The notes beneath the pieces were generated by a model. That model was not told where the DNA came from and did not search any database. It was given only the letters and a program-made list of their open reading frames with translations. A program made the translations under genes and the position numbers. A stretch of DNA of 64,000 nucleotides from an uncultured Clostridia bacterium (lineage in GTDB: Bacteria; Bacillota; Clostridia; Christensenellales; Borkfalkiaceae): the NCBI GenBank assembly GCA_934254815.1, contig CAKQME010000004.1, forward strand, positions 45,984-109,983. The letters run 5' to 3'. Below, one piece after another: positions 9,192 through 19,504 of the stretch; positions within the stretch are counted from its first letter, which is position 1; the number at the start of each line of letters is the position of its first letter.

Positions 9192-10385
9192 TTACTCGTC
9201 GGTCGGTTGATCGAGCGCGGCATAAATGCCCGTCTGAACGGCGGTTTCCGCCGCCCCCAGTAAAATCGCTTTGTCACCGAGCGGCGAGAAACAACATTCG
9301 GTTGTTTTAGAGAAGATGTTTGCGTGAACGTAATCGTTCAGGGCGTTGAGATACTTGTCTCCGAGTAATCGCAGATCGCCGTTTATTATCACGGTCGAAA
9401 GGTCGAGCATTACTATGAGATTAGAAATGGCAATCGCGAGCAGTTTTGCCGAGCGGTCGGCAATATCGAGCGCGGTTTCGTCGTTATCGAGATACCGCTC
9501 TATGAAATTTTCCTTTGAAAAGTCGACGATGTTTCCGAGGTTGCTCATTTTTTCGCGTGAGCCGCTGTCAAGCGTTCTGCGAATGTATTGCATTACCATA
9601 CTACCGAGAGATATCTGAGTAATAAGCGCGCGCTCCGAAAAGTCGGTGACGGATCCGAATTCGCCCGCGTAACCGTTCTCGCCCTCGTAAATTTCGCCGT
9701 TGATGTATAACGTCGCGCCGGCGGATTCTCCTATATGGAGATACAGCGCGGAACGCGCAGAGGCGAGCGGCTCTAAAGACTTGTGACCGATAAGCGCGAC
9801 GTACATATCGTTTTTAACGTCTACGGCGCAATCGAAATTTTCGCTGAAGATTTTATACAGATTGATATGTTCGCAATCCTTGAATTTGGCGGCTATCCGG
9901 AAATAACCGGTATTTTTATCGATACGACCCGGCGTGCTTACGCATATGGCTTTAAGCGGCAAGCCCTGCAGAGTTTTGTTTTTAAGCATGCTCTTTAATA
10001 TGTCAATCGATTCGTTTACGTCGTCTATGGATAAAAGATAGCGTTCGTCGGTTTCTTTCGACAACATACGGTTGCCGTTGATATCGAAAATATCTATTTT
10101 TATTTTCGCACTCGAATAATCGACTACGGCGAATAAGCCGAACAACTCGTTAAGCGCGTAAAGCGACGGCTTTCTGCCCACTATCGTGCTTTTGTCCGAC
10201 ATGGCTTTGACTATGTTTTTTTTGCGTAAGTCCTCCATTATGTTGTACAGCGCGACGTTGCTTAATTTAAGCGCGGCGGATAGCTGCGTGCAGGACGAAT
10301 TGCCGCAATTTTTTAGTATGGAAATAACTTTTTTCTGATTATCCTTGCGGATAAGGCTCAGCCCCTGAAAAGACGATTTAGCCAT
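9192..10385 (-). CDS. ROK-family transcriptional regulator (wHTH + sugar-kinase-like domain)
   Basis: N-terminal winged-helix region 'CTQLSAALKLSNVALYNIMEDLRKKNIV'. ROK signature region 'LHIGESAGATLYINGEIYEGENGYAGEFG'. The gene is divergent from the enzyme operon. Confidence 0.85.
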   Translation of the reverse strand: MAKSSFQGLSLIRKDNQKKVISILKNCGNSSCTQLSAALKLSNVALYNIMEDLRKKNIVKAMSDKSTIVGRKPSLYALNELFGLFAVVDYSSAKIKIDIFDINGNRMLSKETDERYLLSIDDVNESIDILKSMLKNKTLQGLPLKAICVSTPGRIDKNTGYFRIAAKFKDCEHINLYKIFSENFDCAVDVKNDMYVALIGHKSLEPLASARSALYLHIGESAGATLYINGEIYEGENGYAGEFGSVTDFSERALITQISLGSMVMQYIRRTLDSGSREKMSNLGNIVDFSKENFIERYLDNDETALDIADRSAKLLAIAISNLIVMLDLSTVIINGDLRLLGDKYLNALNDYVHANIFSKTTECCFSPLGDKAILLGAAETAVQTGIYAALDQPTDE

Positions 10386-10416
10386 ATTGTCACCTTAATA
10401 TACAGTATTAAAAAAC

Positions 10417-10436
10417 ACTGTTAATTTTATAACAGT
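10417..10436. promoter_or_regulatory. Candidate operator: ACTGTTA-N6-TAACAGT palindrome in the divergent ROK/enzyme-operon promoter region
   Basis: A perfect 7-bp-arm inverted repeat, with a further ACAGT half-site at 10402-10406. It lies 32 nt upstream of the ROK gene start and 78 nt upstream of the enzyme operon. Confidence 0.4.
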
Positions 10437-10513
10437 ATAACATAAAATCAAATAAAACGAAAGTAAAACCACATAAAAAAGAAAAATAACGAAAAAGAAA
10501 CAGAGAAATCGCA

Positions 10514-12346
10514 ATGAATAACGTAATGCAGTTTGCAAGACAGGAATTAGACAGATATTTTTATAGACTTACGGGAAAATCAAACGATATCGCGCTGGAA
10601 GTAACCGAAAATTCTCCGCAGCTTTTCGACGAGCGTTTTATAATAGACGTCGAAAAAACGAGCGGAAAGATATCGGGTATAAACGAAAGGAGCGTATTGC
10701 TCGGCGTTTATCGTTTTCTGCGCGAAATCGGTTGCAGGTTTCTTTACCCAGGCGCGGACGGCGAAATTATACCGGAAATTTCCTCCGACGAAATTTCGGT
10801 ACATATCGACGTTACGCCCGCAAACAAACATCGCGGGTTGACTTTAGAGGGCGGCTGTTCGGGCGAACACGTCAGAAAGTTTATCGACTGGGGCTTTAAA
10901 AACGGCTTCAACAGTTACTTTATACAATTCCGCACGGGTTATACGTTTTTCGAAAGGTGGTACAGGCACGATTTTAACCCGTTTGCCGATAAAACGCCGT
11001 TTAACGACGAGATCGCCGCAAAGATAAACGCGGAACTCCGCGCGGAGATAAAAAAACGCGGAATGATTTTTCATGCCGTGGGACACGGCTGGACGTGCGA
11101 ACCGTTCGGTATACCCTCGCGCGGGTGGGACGAAAACGGCGAAGTCCCCGAAAAATATCGTAAATATTTCGCTCTCGTAAACGGTAAAAGGGGCTTTTAT
11201 AAGGGGATACCGCTTAACACCAATCTGTGTTATTCCGACCCGGAAGCGAGAAAAGCCGTTGTTGAAAACGTGGCGGAGTATGTCGTCGAAAATAAAGACG
11301 TAGACGTTCTGCATCTCTGGCTGGGCGATAACTACAATAATTTCTGCGAGTGCGAAGAGTGCGCGAAAAAATTGCCGTCGGAGTGGTACGTCCGATTGCT
11401 TAACGAACTCGACGAAAGACTTACGGAACTCAAATCGGACGTAAAAATAGTTTTTCTTATATATTTCGAATTGCTCTATAAGCCGCTTAAAGAAAAAATC
11501 AAAAACAAAGACAGATTTATCATGATGTTCGCGCCGATAACGCGGACTTACGACCGCTCGCTTGCGGACTTTGTAGAAGAGGCTAAGACCAAAGAAGTCA
11601 CGCCGCTTGTATTGAATAAATTCGTTCCGCCCGTCGACTGCGCCGAAAATATGCGCCACCTGTTCGACTGGAAACAGATTTTCGACGGCGATTCGTTCAT
11701 TTTCGATTATCCGCTTATGTGGGATTGTTGCAGAGAATACGGCGGAATAATTCTCGCTAAAACCATTTACAACGATATCCGCGCGCTTAAAAAACTTGGT
11801 TTAAACGGTTATGTCAGCTGTCAGTTGCAGAGAAACTTTTTCCCTACGGGCTTTCCCATGTACGTTATGGCGACGGCGTTAAGCGACGGAAAACGCTCTT
11901 ACGAAGATATAAAAAACGAGTATTTTTCGGCGGCGTTCGGTAATTGCGGCGATGAAGTTTACGATATTTTAACCGACGTATCGTCTTGGAAAATTTACGA
12001 TTATATGCGCGGAAATTTAGCCGTAGATTCCGCAGAAATGCGTGACGGTATAAGCGAAATAAAGGTAAAAATACAGGAGTATTCCGAAAAAATAGCCGAA
12101 CTTGAAAGCAGAAATAACGCGCCCGTTGTAATGCGGCATCTCGCGCTTGTCGAAAAGCTGTTCGCGATACTTGCGCGCGTCGCGGAAATAATCGAAGAAA
12201 AGACGGGAAATAACGACGCGAATAAAATTGATTTGACATTGCGCCGACTTCAGGTTACAATATTCGAGTTCGAGCCGTTCTGCGATCAACGCTTCAACGG
12301 CGGGTATTTCTATACGCATATAGAAGAAATGGCTCACAGAAAATAA
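10514..12346 (+). CDS. DUF4838-like / GH20-related putative glycoside hydrolase
   Basis: The N-terminal 'ARQELDRYFYRLTGKS' motif and the 'HLWLGDNYNNFCECEECAK' Cys cluster resemble what I recall of DUF4838 proteins in polysaccharide-utilisation loci (PULs). This was not verified by a search. Confidence 0.45.
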   Translation: MNNVMQFARQELDRYFYRLTGKSNDIALEVTENSPQLFDERFIIDVEKTSGKISGINERSVLLGVYRFLREIGCRFLYPGADGEIIPEISSDEISVHIDVTPANKHRGLTLEGGCSGEHVRKFIDWGFKNGFNSYFIQFRTGYTFFERWYRHDFNPFADKTPFNDEIAAKINAELRAEIKKRGMIFHAVGHGWTCEPFGIPSRGWDENGEVPEKYRKYFALVNGKRGFYKGIPLNTNLCYSDPEARKAVVENVAEYVVENKDVDVLHLWLGDNYNNFCECEECAKKLPSEWYVRLLNELDERLTELKSDVKIVFLIYFELLYKPLKEKIKNKDRFIMMFAPITRTYDRSLADFVEEAKTKEVTPLVLNKFVPPVDCAENMRHLFDWKQIFDGDSFIFDYPLMWDCCREYGGIILAKTIYNDIRALKKLGLNGYVSCQLQRNFFPTGFPMYVMATALSDGKRSYEDIKNEYFSAAFGNCGDEVYDILTDVSSWKIYDYMRGNLAVDSAEMRDGISEIKVKIQEYSEKIAELESRNNAPVVMRHLALVEKLFAILARVAEIIEEKTGNNDANKIDLTLRRLQVTIFEFEPFCDQRFNGGYFYTHIEEMAHRK

Positions 12347-12362
12347 CGGGAGAAACAACGCT

Positions 12363-14357
12363 ATGAAGTTTTTCGGAAACATTAAAGACGGAGCGGTTTT
12401 GCAACGCGACAAAGAAATTATTATAAACGGTTCGGCGGAAAGCAGGGCTGTATGTGTGCTGAAAGGCGTAAATTACTTTGAAGAAAGAGAAATTCTGCCC
12501 GACGAAAACGGTAAATTCAGGGCGGTTTTTCCTCCGGTAAGCGATATAAAAAATAAATTTACGCTCGGCTTATATACTCAAGACGAAAAAATCGAAATTT
12601 CGGTAAGGTTTGGCGACGTATTTCTCACGCTCGGTCAGTCGAATATGTCTTACGGGGTCGGCTGTATGTATAACCGTAAAGAGTTAATCGCAAAAGCGAA
12701 AAAGTGCGACGTTTCGTTTTTCAATATTTTCGAAGCCGAAGTAAAAGAAAACGGCGAGGTGTTGCGCCCCGCTGCCCCGCAGGACGATTTTGCAAAGAAT
12801 TGGAAATGGATTACCGCGGAAGACGAGGATTTCGGCGGGACGTCCGCGGTCGCGGTAATTACGGCTATAGAACTGTATGAAAAAACGGGCGCGCCCGTGG
12901 CTATGGTAAATACCGCTCTGGGCGGCGTCAGTATAGATACATATATGCCGCGCGACGTTGCCGATACCGACGAAAGAATAGTCGCGCACTTAAAAAAGAT
13001 AGACAAATATATTCCGAAAGACGGTCAATATAACATATACGGCGGAGCTAATTATACACAGCTCGGCGGAATTTATAACGAAAAGATACACCCGCTCAGA
13101 GATAATCGCTTCAAAGCGATAATGTGGTATCAGGGCGAAAACGCTATAAGTAATTTCGACGGAGCGGTTTATTTCGAAATCGCGCTACGCAAGATAATAG
13201 AAACTTATCAGGGCATTTTCGGCGGAGATACCTATTTTGTGGCGACAAACGTCGCGCTCGATTATTACGATTACGGCGAATACGGATATAATTATATAAA
13301 CGAAGCCGTCGACAGAGCGGTAAGGGGACAATACGCGTGTTCTTTCCCCGCTTACGACGCTTCCACCGAGTGGAAAGTAAACGACGGCGCGACTTATTAT
13401 CACCCTATTCACCCCGTAAACAAAAATTTGATTTCGCATAGATTCGCAAAGGCGATTTTATCCGAATGTTATGATAAAAAAGAGTGGATTCCGCCTTATA
13501 TAAGCGACGTCGCGATAAAAGGCGACAGGGTTTTCGCGTCGATTTTTCCTGAAAAGAAAATTAAATACAAGAAAATTTACGGCTTTACCGTGGCGGGTAA
13601 AGACGGCAAGTTCGTCGAGGCGGATTGCCGCGTTTCGGGTAATGGCAAGCTTGAAATATATTCGCCTTACGTTACCGAACCCGTAGAGATAACCTACGCG
13701 TTTTCGCCGTATAATTCGCGTTGCAATCTGATAACTTCCGACGGCGACGCGGTAAAAACTTACCGTAAGCGTTTCGAGGACGTGTCGGAAAGACCGTATC
13801 TGCCGCTTAACGCGTTCGGGGATTGTTCGGAAATGTATTTCGACGAAAAAAATTTCGGCGCGGATCTCGGCTGTATAGGTAAAGCGGAAATTTTTAAAGA
13901 CGGGCAGATTACCCGCACTCATTCGACGAAAAGAAAGATTGTCCGCGCGGGCGGCGAAAAATGCCTGAAAGTCGAATATAAACCGACGAACGACGGATAT
14001 TATTTCTTCGGCGTTTCGCCCGAAATAAATATAGCGGGTACGGACCCGCATTTCGAAAGATTCGATTATCTTTCGGTCGAGATGAAAGTCGCGGGCAACG
14101 AAGAAATAGAATTTTACGGCGCGCTTGTCAGAATTCGCGGCGGAGCAGTCAGAAGATTTATCGGTGAAGAACCCGTCGTTAAAGCGAGCGGTAATTTCAG
14201 AGTGTACAGACTTTCTTTAAAAACGTTTATGTCTCCGTCGCTGGCATGTTACCCCGCAGACGAAGAAGACAGAAAGACTATAAACTCGTTCGAGTTATAT
14301 TTCAGAAGTAAAAACAAAGGCGTTTTATATATTAAAAACATTCGTTTACACGATTAA
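12363..14357 (+). CDS. Sialate O-acetylesterase-like carbohydrate esterase (SGNH/DUF303 type)
   Basis: 'LTLGQSNMSYG' (the GQSNM nucleophile block) and 'MWYQGENA' are hallmark motifs of this family. An extra C-terminal beta-rich domain is present. Confidence 0.75.
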   Translation: MKFFGNIKDGAVLQRDKEIIINGSAESRAVCVLKGVNYFEEREILPDENGKFRAVFPPVSDIKNKFTLGLYTQDEKIEISVRFGDVFLTLGQSNMSYGVGCMYNRKELIAKAKKCDVSFFNIFEAEVKENGEVLRPAAPQDDFAKNWKWITAEDEDFGGTSAVAVITAIELYEKTGAPVAMVNTALGGVSIDTYMPRDVADTDERIVAHLKKIDKYIPKDGQYNIYGGANYTQLGGIYNEKIHPLRDNRFKAIMWYQGENAISNFDGAVYFEIALRKIIETYQGIFGGDTYFVATNVALDYYDYGEYGYNYINEAVDRAVRGQYACSFPAYDASTEWKVNDGATYYHPIHPVNKNLISHRFAKAILSECYDKKEWIPPYISDVAIKGDRVFASIFPEKKIKYKKIYGFTVAGKDGKFVEADCRVSGNGKLEIYSPYVTEPVEITYAFSPYNSRCNLITSDGDAVKTYRKRFEDVSERPYLPLNAFGDCSEMYFDEKNFGADLGCIGKAEIFKDGQITRTHSTKRKIVRAGGEKCLKVEYKPTNDGYYFFGVSPEINIAGTDPHFERFDYLSVEMKVAGNEEIEFYGALVRIRGGAVRRFIGEEPVVKASGNFRVYRLSLKTFMSPSLACYPADEEDRKTINSFELYFRSKNKGVLYIKNIRLHD

Positions 14358-14369
14358 AGGCGGATAAAT

Positions 14370-15917
14370 ATGAATACGTTAAAAGTAATGAACGTAGTAA
14401 ATTTTATAAGGGGTTGCGAACCGAGGCTTGAAATGGACCTTGTAACTCCCGTAAAAAAACAACTCGAACTGCTTAAAAAAACGGGGCTGAAATCTACGTT
14501 TCTTTTTCAGTACGACGCGCTTTTGCGAAAGGATATGACGGAACTATTCGACGGCGCGGATAAAGATAAAACCGAGATAGGCGGGTGGTTCGAACTCGTC
14601 CGCCCGCAGGTTGAAGCGTGCGGGCTTAAATGGCGCGGCAGAGCCGGGTACGACTGGGATTATTTTGCCGAAGTCGATACCCCTATGGGATACGGCAAAG
14701 AAGAAAGAATCGCGTTGGTCGACGAATTTATGTCGAAATTCAAAGCGACTTTCGGCTATTATCCGAAGAGTATGGGCGCGTGGGCTATCGACGCGTTTAC
14801 GCTTAACTATATGTACGATAAATACTCTATACAGGCATTTTGTATCTGTCGCGAACAGGTCGGAACGGACGGTTATAATTTCAGCGGCGGCTATTATGCG
14901 GGCGGTTATTACGCAAGTAAAAACAACTTGCTTTGCCCCGCGCAGACGAGAGAAAAACAGATAGACGTACCCGTTTTCAGAATGCTCGGCTCCGACGTGG
15001 TAAAACAGTATTACAGCGGACTTGACGAAAATTTCAATCCCGCCGCCTTGCAGGGCGTCGTAACGCTCGAACCCGTAGGCGACGGAAAAATCGGCGGCAG
15101 CAATCCCGAATGGGTCGATTGGTTTCTTGACGTCACTTACGGCGAAGCTCTGAATTTTGCTTACGCGCAGGCGGGGCAGGAAAACAGTTTCGGATGGGAG
15201 AGAATGAAAAGTCTCGACTATCAGTTTTCGAAAATCGCAGCCGACGCGCGCGAGGGCAGATATGAAGTTTTAACTCTTGCCGAGTGCGGAAAAGCCTTTG
15301 TGGAAAGGTTTAAAGAAACGCCCGTTACTACTACTCTTGCTCTCGGTTCGTTCGAAAACGACCGCGAGGGGTCGGTCTGGTACGAAAATAAAAATTATCG
15401 TATAAGCTATTACTACTCGAAAGAAAAATTTCTGATTCGCGACGTGTATCTTTTCGACGAAAATTATCGCGAACGCTATCTCGACAAAATACTGACTACG
15501 CACGACTACGCCTACGACAACCTGCCGTTTATCGACGGCTATCTTTTCGGCGGCGACGGTATTCAGGCTGGCTTGTATTTGTATAAAGACGGCGAAGAAA
15601 TAAAATTCGATAACCTGAAATACAGAGAAATCGACGACGAAACGGTCGAGATACTCGTTTCTGCCGATAAAGGCGAATTTTCGTTCGTATCTTCGCCCGA
15701 CGGCATTTCGGTTGCGGGCGACGGAGAGTTCGCGCTGGTCGTAAAAGCCAGGACTTATCCGTATGTGCGGAATATTTCGCAAAACGGCGTCGCTTTCGCG
15801 TTTAACGGTTTCGAGTATAAAATACGCGCGTTAAAAGGCGTATTCGCGCCGCTCGGCAACGCGTTTGCGATTAAATCCGAAAACGGTAAAATAACGCTTG
15901 ATTTTTCAAATAAATAA
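14370..15917 (+). CDS. Hypothetical carbohydrate-active protein (possibly DUF3863-like)
   Basis: Cytoplasmic (no signal peptide). 'NFIRGCEPR' near the N-terminus is reminiscent of a PUL-associated DUF. Function is inferred only from operon context. Confidence 0.3.
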   Translation: MNTLKVMNVVNFIRGCEPRLEMDLVTPVKKQLELLKKTGLKSTFLFQYDALLRKDMTELFDGADKDKTEIGGWFELVRPQVEACGLKWRGRAGYDWDYFAEVDTPMGYGKEERIALVDEFMSKFKATFGYYPKSMGAWAIDAFTLNYMYDKYSIQAFCICREQVGTDGYNFSGGYYAGGYYASKNNLLCPAQTREKQIDVPVFRMLGSDVVKQYYSGLDENFNPAALQGVVTLEPVGDGKIGGSNPEWVDWFLDVTYGEALNFAYAQAGQENSFGWERMKSLDYQFSKIAADAREGRYEVLTLAECGKAFVERFKETPVTTTLALGSFENDREGSVWYENKNYRISYYYSKEKFLIRDVYLFDENYRERYLDKILTTHDYAYDNLPFIDGYLFGGDGIQAGLYLYKDGEEIKFDNLKYREIDDETVEILVSADKGEFSFVSSPDGISVAGDGEFALVVKARTYPYVRNISQNGVAFAFNGFEYKIRALKGVFAPLGNAFAIKSENGKITLDFSNK

Positions 15918-15935
15918 AGGTATAATCATAACATT

Positions 15936-17993
15936 ATGAAGTGGATAAAATTCAATACCGAAAACGAAAATTCATTTAACGAATTTCTTGTAAAATTTCA
16001 ATACGTCGGGGGAGAGGCGAAGCTGAGAATTTCTTCCGATTTCAGATATGCGGCGTATATCAACGGCGAGTTTGCCTCCAACGGGCAGTACGCCGATTTG
16101 CCTGATTATAAAAGCGTAAACGAAGCCGATATTTCGCGTTTGCTTAAAAAAGGCGAAAACGCTTTGAAAGTAGTCGCGTGGCATTCCGGGCAGGACTTTT
16201 TCGCTTGCAGAACTATGCCCGCATGCGTCGCGTTCGAAATTACGTCGAACGGCAAAACGCTCGTCTGTTCCGACGAAAACACGTTATGCCGTACCGCAGT
16301 CGGCTATAGGGCGGGCGGAGTCGTTACTTCTCAGATAGGTTACGGTTTCGGTTACGATTTCACCGACGAGGGAGAAGAATATAAAAACGCCGAAATTGCC
16401 GACGTCGATTTCCGTTTAGTCGAAAGACCTGTTAAAGATCTCGTTATATGCGACCCGTTTAAGGCGGAAGTCGTCGCTCAGGGCGCGTTCAGATTGCCCG
16501 AAGACGTCGGCGGCTTGACGGCGGCGGGCATAATGCAACGCTCATGGCTTAAATCGCTCAGATTTTTCGAAATGACGGAACGGAACAGAACAGATTCGGC
16601 GTTATTAAACGAGAACTCGCCGCTTAACTTCAAAACGAACGACGGAGACGGTTTGTTTGTCGTCGTCGATTTAGGTCGCGAAACCGCGGGGCATCTCGAA
16701 TTTTCCGTAGAAACAGACGAAGATTGTAAAATGACGATCGGCTGGGGTGAACATCTGGTCGATTTAAGGGTAAGAACCGAAATCGACGGCAGAAATTTTG
16801 CGGCGGATTTTACTCTTAAAAAGGGCAAAAACAGATTTACCGATTATCTCAGGAGAATAGGTTGCCGTTATCTTTGCACGTTTGTCTACGCGAAAAGCGT
16901 AAAGATAGGCGAACTTACGGTAAGAGAAGCTTCGTATCCGTTCAAAAAGCCGAAAAAAGATTTCGGAGATACATTTGTTAATAAAATATACGAAGTCGGC
17001 AGAAGAACGCTCGAACTCTGCGCTCACGAACACTATGAGGATTGCCCCTGGCGCGAGCAGGCTCTTTACGGTATGGATTCGCGCAATCAGATGTTGTTCG
17101 GTTACGGAGCTTTCGAAGAGTACGAATATCCGCGCGCGGCTATTAAACTCATGGCGGAAAGTATGCGTTCCGACGGGTTGTTGCAACTTTGCTCGCCGTC
17201 TGAAACGCCCATAACGATACCGTCGTTTACGGCATACTGGCTCATCGCTATAGCCGAAAACGCCAAAGCCGATTATAACGCTGATTTCGTTGCGGAAATG
17301 CTTCCGTACGCGGAAAAATCATTGCGCGCGTTTATGGATAATACCGATAAAAACGGCGTCGGCATTTTCGTTAAAACGCCGTTCTGGAATTTCCACGAGT
17401 GGTCTCAGGACTTGTTCGGCTGGACGATTTTCAGAGAAGAAGAATTGTCCCCTATGACCGATTGTAACCTTACGATGCTTGTTCGCCTTGCGGTTAAAGG
17501 TATCGTCGAACTTATGGAAAAGCAGGGTTATGACGGCGTAGAAGCGTATAAAAAATATTACGAAACGCTATCCGATATAATTCCGTCGTTTTTCGACGAA
17601 GAGAAAAAACTTTACGCCTCGTATATAAAAGACGGCGTAAAGAGCGGTTATCACGCATATACGCAGGCTCTTGCGCTTAATTCGGGCGTGGTTGAAGATA
17701 AGAATAAGGCTTACCTTTGCGAAGTCCTTAAACACCCCGACGGTAGAGTTGTAAATCTTACGTTTGCGGCTCTTCAGTTGAAATACGACGCGTTGATCGG
17801 TTGCGGAGAAAAGCAGTTCTGTTTAGACGAAATAAAGAACGTTTTCGGAAAAATGGTGTTGAACGGAGCCACTTCGTTTTACGAGACGGAATACGGCGAA
17901 GCCGATTTCAGCGACGCGGGTAGCCTGTGTCACGGCTGGTCGTCGGTAGTGTGTTACGTTTACGATAAATATTCTGAGAGTATAGCGGAGTAA
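15936..17993 (+). CDS. GH78-like (alpha-L-rhamnosidase family, six-hairpin) glycoside hydrolase
   Basis: 'HYEDCPWREQALYGMDSRNQ', 'GATSFYETE' and 'SLCHGWSS' match the conserved blocks of the Bac_rhamnosid six-hairpin catalytic domain. Confidence 0.7.
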   Translation: MKWIKFNTENENSFNEFLVKFQYVGGEAKLRISSDFRYAAYINGEFASNGQYADLPDYKSVNEADISRLLKKGENALKVVAWHSGQDFFACRTMPACVAFEITSNGKTLVCSDENTLCRTAVGYRAGGVVTSQIGYGFGYDFTDEGEEYKNAEIADVDFRLVERPVKDLVICDPFKAEVVAQGAFRLPEDVGGLTAAGIMQRSWLKSLRFFEMTERNRTDSALLNENSPLNFKTNDGDGLFVVVDLGRETAGHLEFSVETDEDCKMTIGWGEHLVDLRVRTEIDGRNFAADFTLKKGKNRFTDYLRRIGCRYLCTFVYAKSVKIGELTVREASYPFKKPKKDFGDTFVNKIYEVGRRTLELCAHEHYEDCPWREQALYGMDSRNQMLFGYGAFEEYEYPRAAIKLMAESMRSDGLLQLCSPSETPITIPSFTAYWLIAIAENAKADYNADFVAEMLPYAEKSLRAFMDNTDKNGVGIFVKTPFWNFHEWSQDLFGWTIFREEELSPMTDCNLTMLVRLAVKGIVELMEKQGYDGVEAYKKYYETLSDIIPSFFDEEKKLYASYIKDGVKSGYHAYTQALALNSGVVEDKNKAYLCEVLKHPDGRVVNLTFAALQLKYDALIGCGEKQFCLDEIKNVFGKMVLNGATSFYETEYGEADFSDAGSLCHGWSSVVCYVYDKYSESIAE

Positions 17994-18003
17994 GATTGCC
18001 GAT

Positions 18004-18726
18004 ATGAAAATAATCGAATTATTAAAGAATAAACAAGCGGATATCAACGGCAATAAGGCGGTTACTATAGCTTTTCTCGGAGACAGCGTAACGCAGGGGT
18101 GTTTCGAATGTTATCTGACGTCTCCCGAATCGCTTGAAACGGTTTACGATTATAAAAGCGCGTATTCTACCCGAGTAAAAGAAATACTTAATTTTTTGTA
18201 TCCCGCCGTGCAGATAAACGTCATAAACGCGGGTATAAGCGGCGATTTCGCCGCGAGCGGCTTGAACAGGCTTGAAAGAGACGTTCTGGCTTACTCGCCC
18301 GATCTCGTCGTGGTGTCCTACGGCTTGAACGACAGTTGTCAGGGCGGCGGAGCAGAAGCCTACGGCAAAACGTTGGGCGAAATTTTCAAACGCGTATCGG
18401 CGGCAGGGGCGGAGTGTATATTTTTAACTCAGAATTATATGTGCGAAAAGACAAGCCCGCGACTTAACGACGATTTGTTTATACGGCTTTCGAAACAGTT
18501 TTCGAAAATACAGAACGACGGAGTTCTCGACGAGTATTTTGTCGAAGCGAAAAAGCAATGCGGAAATTACGGCGTAGCCGTATGCGACGTGAGGTCGGCT
18601 TGGGCGGCGTTGTCTGCCGGCGGAGCGGACGTGACGGAATTGCTTGCCAATAAGCTCAATCACCCCGTAAGAGAATTTCATTATTATATGGCGATAAAAC
18701 TGATAGAAACGATGTTCGGTCTTTGA
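18004..18726 (+). CDS. SGNH/GDSL-family esterase
   Basis: Block I 'AFLGDSVTQG' and block III 'YGLNDS'. Confidence 0.8.
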   Translation: MKIIELLKNKQADINGNKAVTIAFLGDSVTQGCFECYLTSPESLETVYDYKSAYSTRVKEILNFLYPAVQINVINAGISGDFAASGLNRLERDVLAYSPDLVVVSYGLNDSCQGGGAEAYGKTLGEIFKRVSAAGAECIFLTQNYMCEKTSPRLNDDLFIRLSKQFSKIQNDGVLDEYFVEAKKQCGNYGVAVCDVRSAWAALSAGGADVTELLANKLNHPVREFHYYMAIKLIETMFGL

Positions 18727-18757
18727 TTTTACTAAAAAAATAAAACGTGGTAAAAAC

Positions 18758-18786
18758 TTGATTTTGCCACGTTTTTATGTTACAAT
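18758..18786 (+). promoter_or_regulatory. Sigma-A-type promoter for the SIMPL gene
   Basis: TTGATT-N17-TACAAT with a TGn extension. It overlaps a weak hairpin (18742-18775) downstream of the GDSL gene. Confidence 0.55.
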
Positions 18787-18818
18787 GAGTCTGTAAAAAT
18801 AAATTCGGAGGTAAAATA

Positions 18819-19472
18819 ATGAAAACGATAACCGTTAAAGGAACGGGAAGAACTTCGGTTAAGCCTGACCTGATCGTGATTACGATGAGACTTGAAACCG
18901 AAGCCGAAGAATACGAAAAAACGATAGGTCTTGCCGCCGGACGTATAGACGCGCTGAATAAATCGCTTGAAGAGGTCGGTTTTGAAAAACAGACCGTAAA
19001 AACCGCCGATTTCAATATTCGCGCCGATTATCAGAGCGTAAAGGATAAAAACGGCAATTATAAAAGCGTGTTTAAAGGGTATGTGTGCAATCATACTTTG
19101 AAAATAGAATTCGATTCTGATATGAAGCGCCTGTCCGAAGCGTTGGCGGCGATTTCGGGGTGCGTTGCGAAACCTGAGTTTTCAATATCGTTTACGGTGA
19201 AAGACCCGTCGGCGGTCAGTCGCGAGCTTCTTAAGTCCGCGGCGCGGAACGCCGAAGAAAAAGCGGAAATACTCTGCGCCGCTTCGGGCGTAAAAATCGG
19301 AGGGCTTACGTCGATCGATTATAACTGGGACGAAATTTCATTGTATTCGGATACGAATTATAAACTCGAAAGCAGGTGTCTGACGGCAAATCCGGGTTTA
19401 TCGAATATCGACATCGAACCCGACGATATCAAAGCGGAAGACACAGCCACATTTGTCTGGGAAATAATTTAA
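18819..19472 (+). CDS. SIMPL/DUF541 domain protein
   Basis: 'ITVKGTGRTSVKPDLIVITMRLE' is the characteristic N-terminus of the family. RBS GGAGG. Confidence 0.75.
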   Translation: MKTITVKGTGRTSVKPDLIVITMRLETEAEEYEKTIGLAAGRIDALNKSLEEVGFEKQTVKTADFNIRADYQSVKDKNGNYKSVFKGYVCNHTLKIEFDSDMKRLSEALAAISGCVAKPEFSISFTVKDPSAVSRELLKSAARNAEEKAEILCAASGVKIGGLTSIDYNWDEISLYSDTNYKLESRCLTANPGLSNIDIEPDDIKAEDTATFVWEII

Positions 19473-19504
19473 AAAAACGAAAAAGATATATTGCTAACAT
19501 TAAA

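Noticed and set aside
19376-19504. The 5' part of ORF 19376..19819, which overlaps the SIMPL gene
   Set aside because: It is out of frame with a well-supported gene and has no RBS. Only the 3' part (about 19505 onward) shows glycosidase-like sequence, and that part is treated as a gene remnant.
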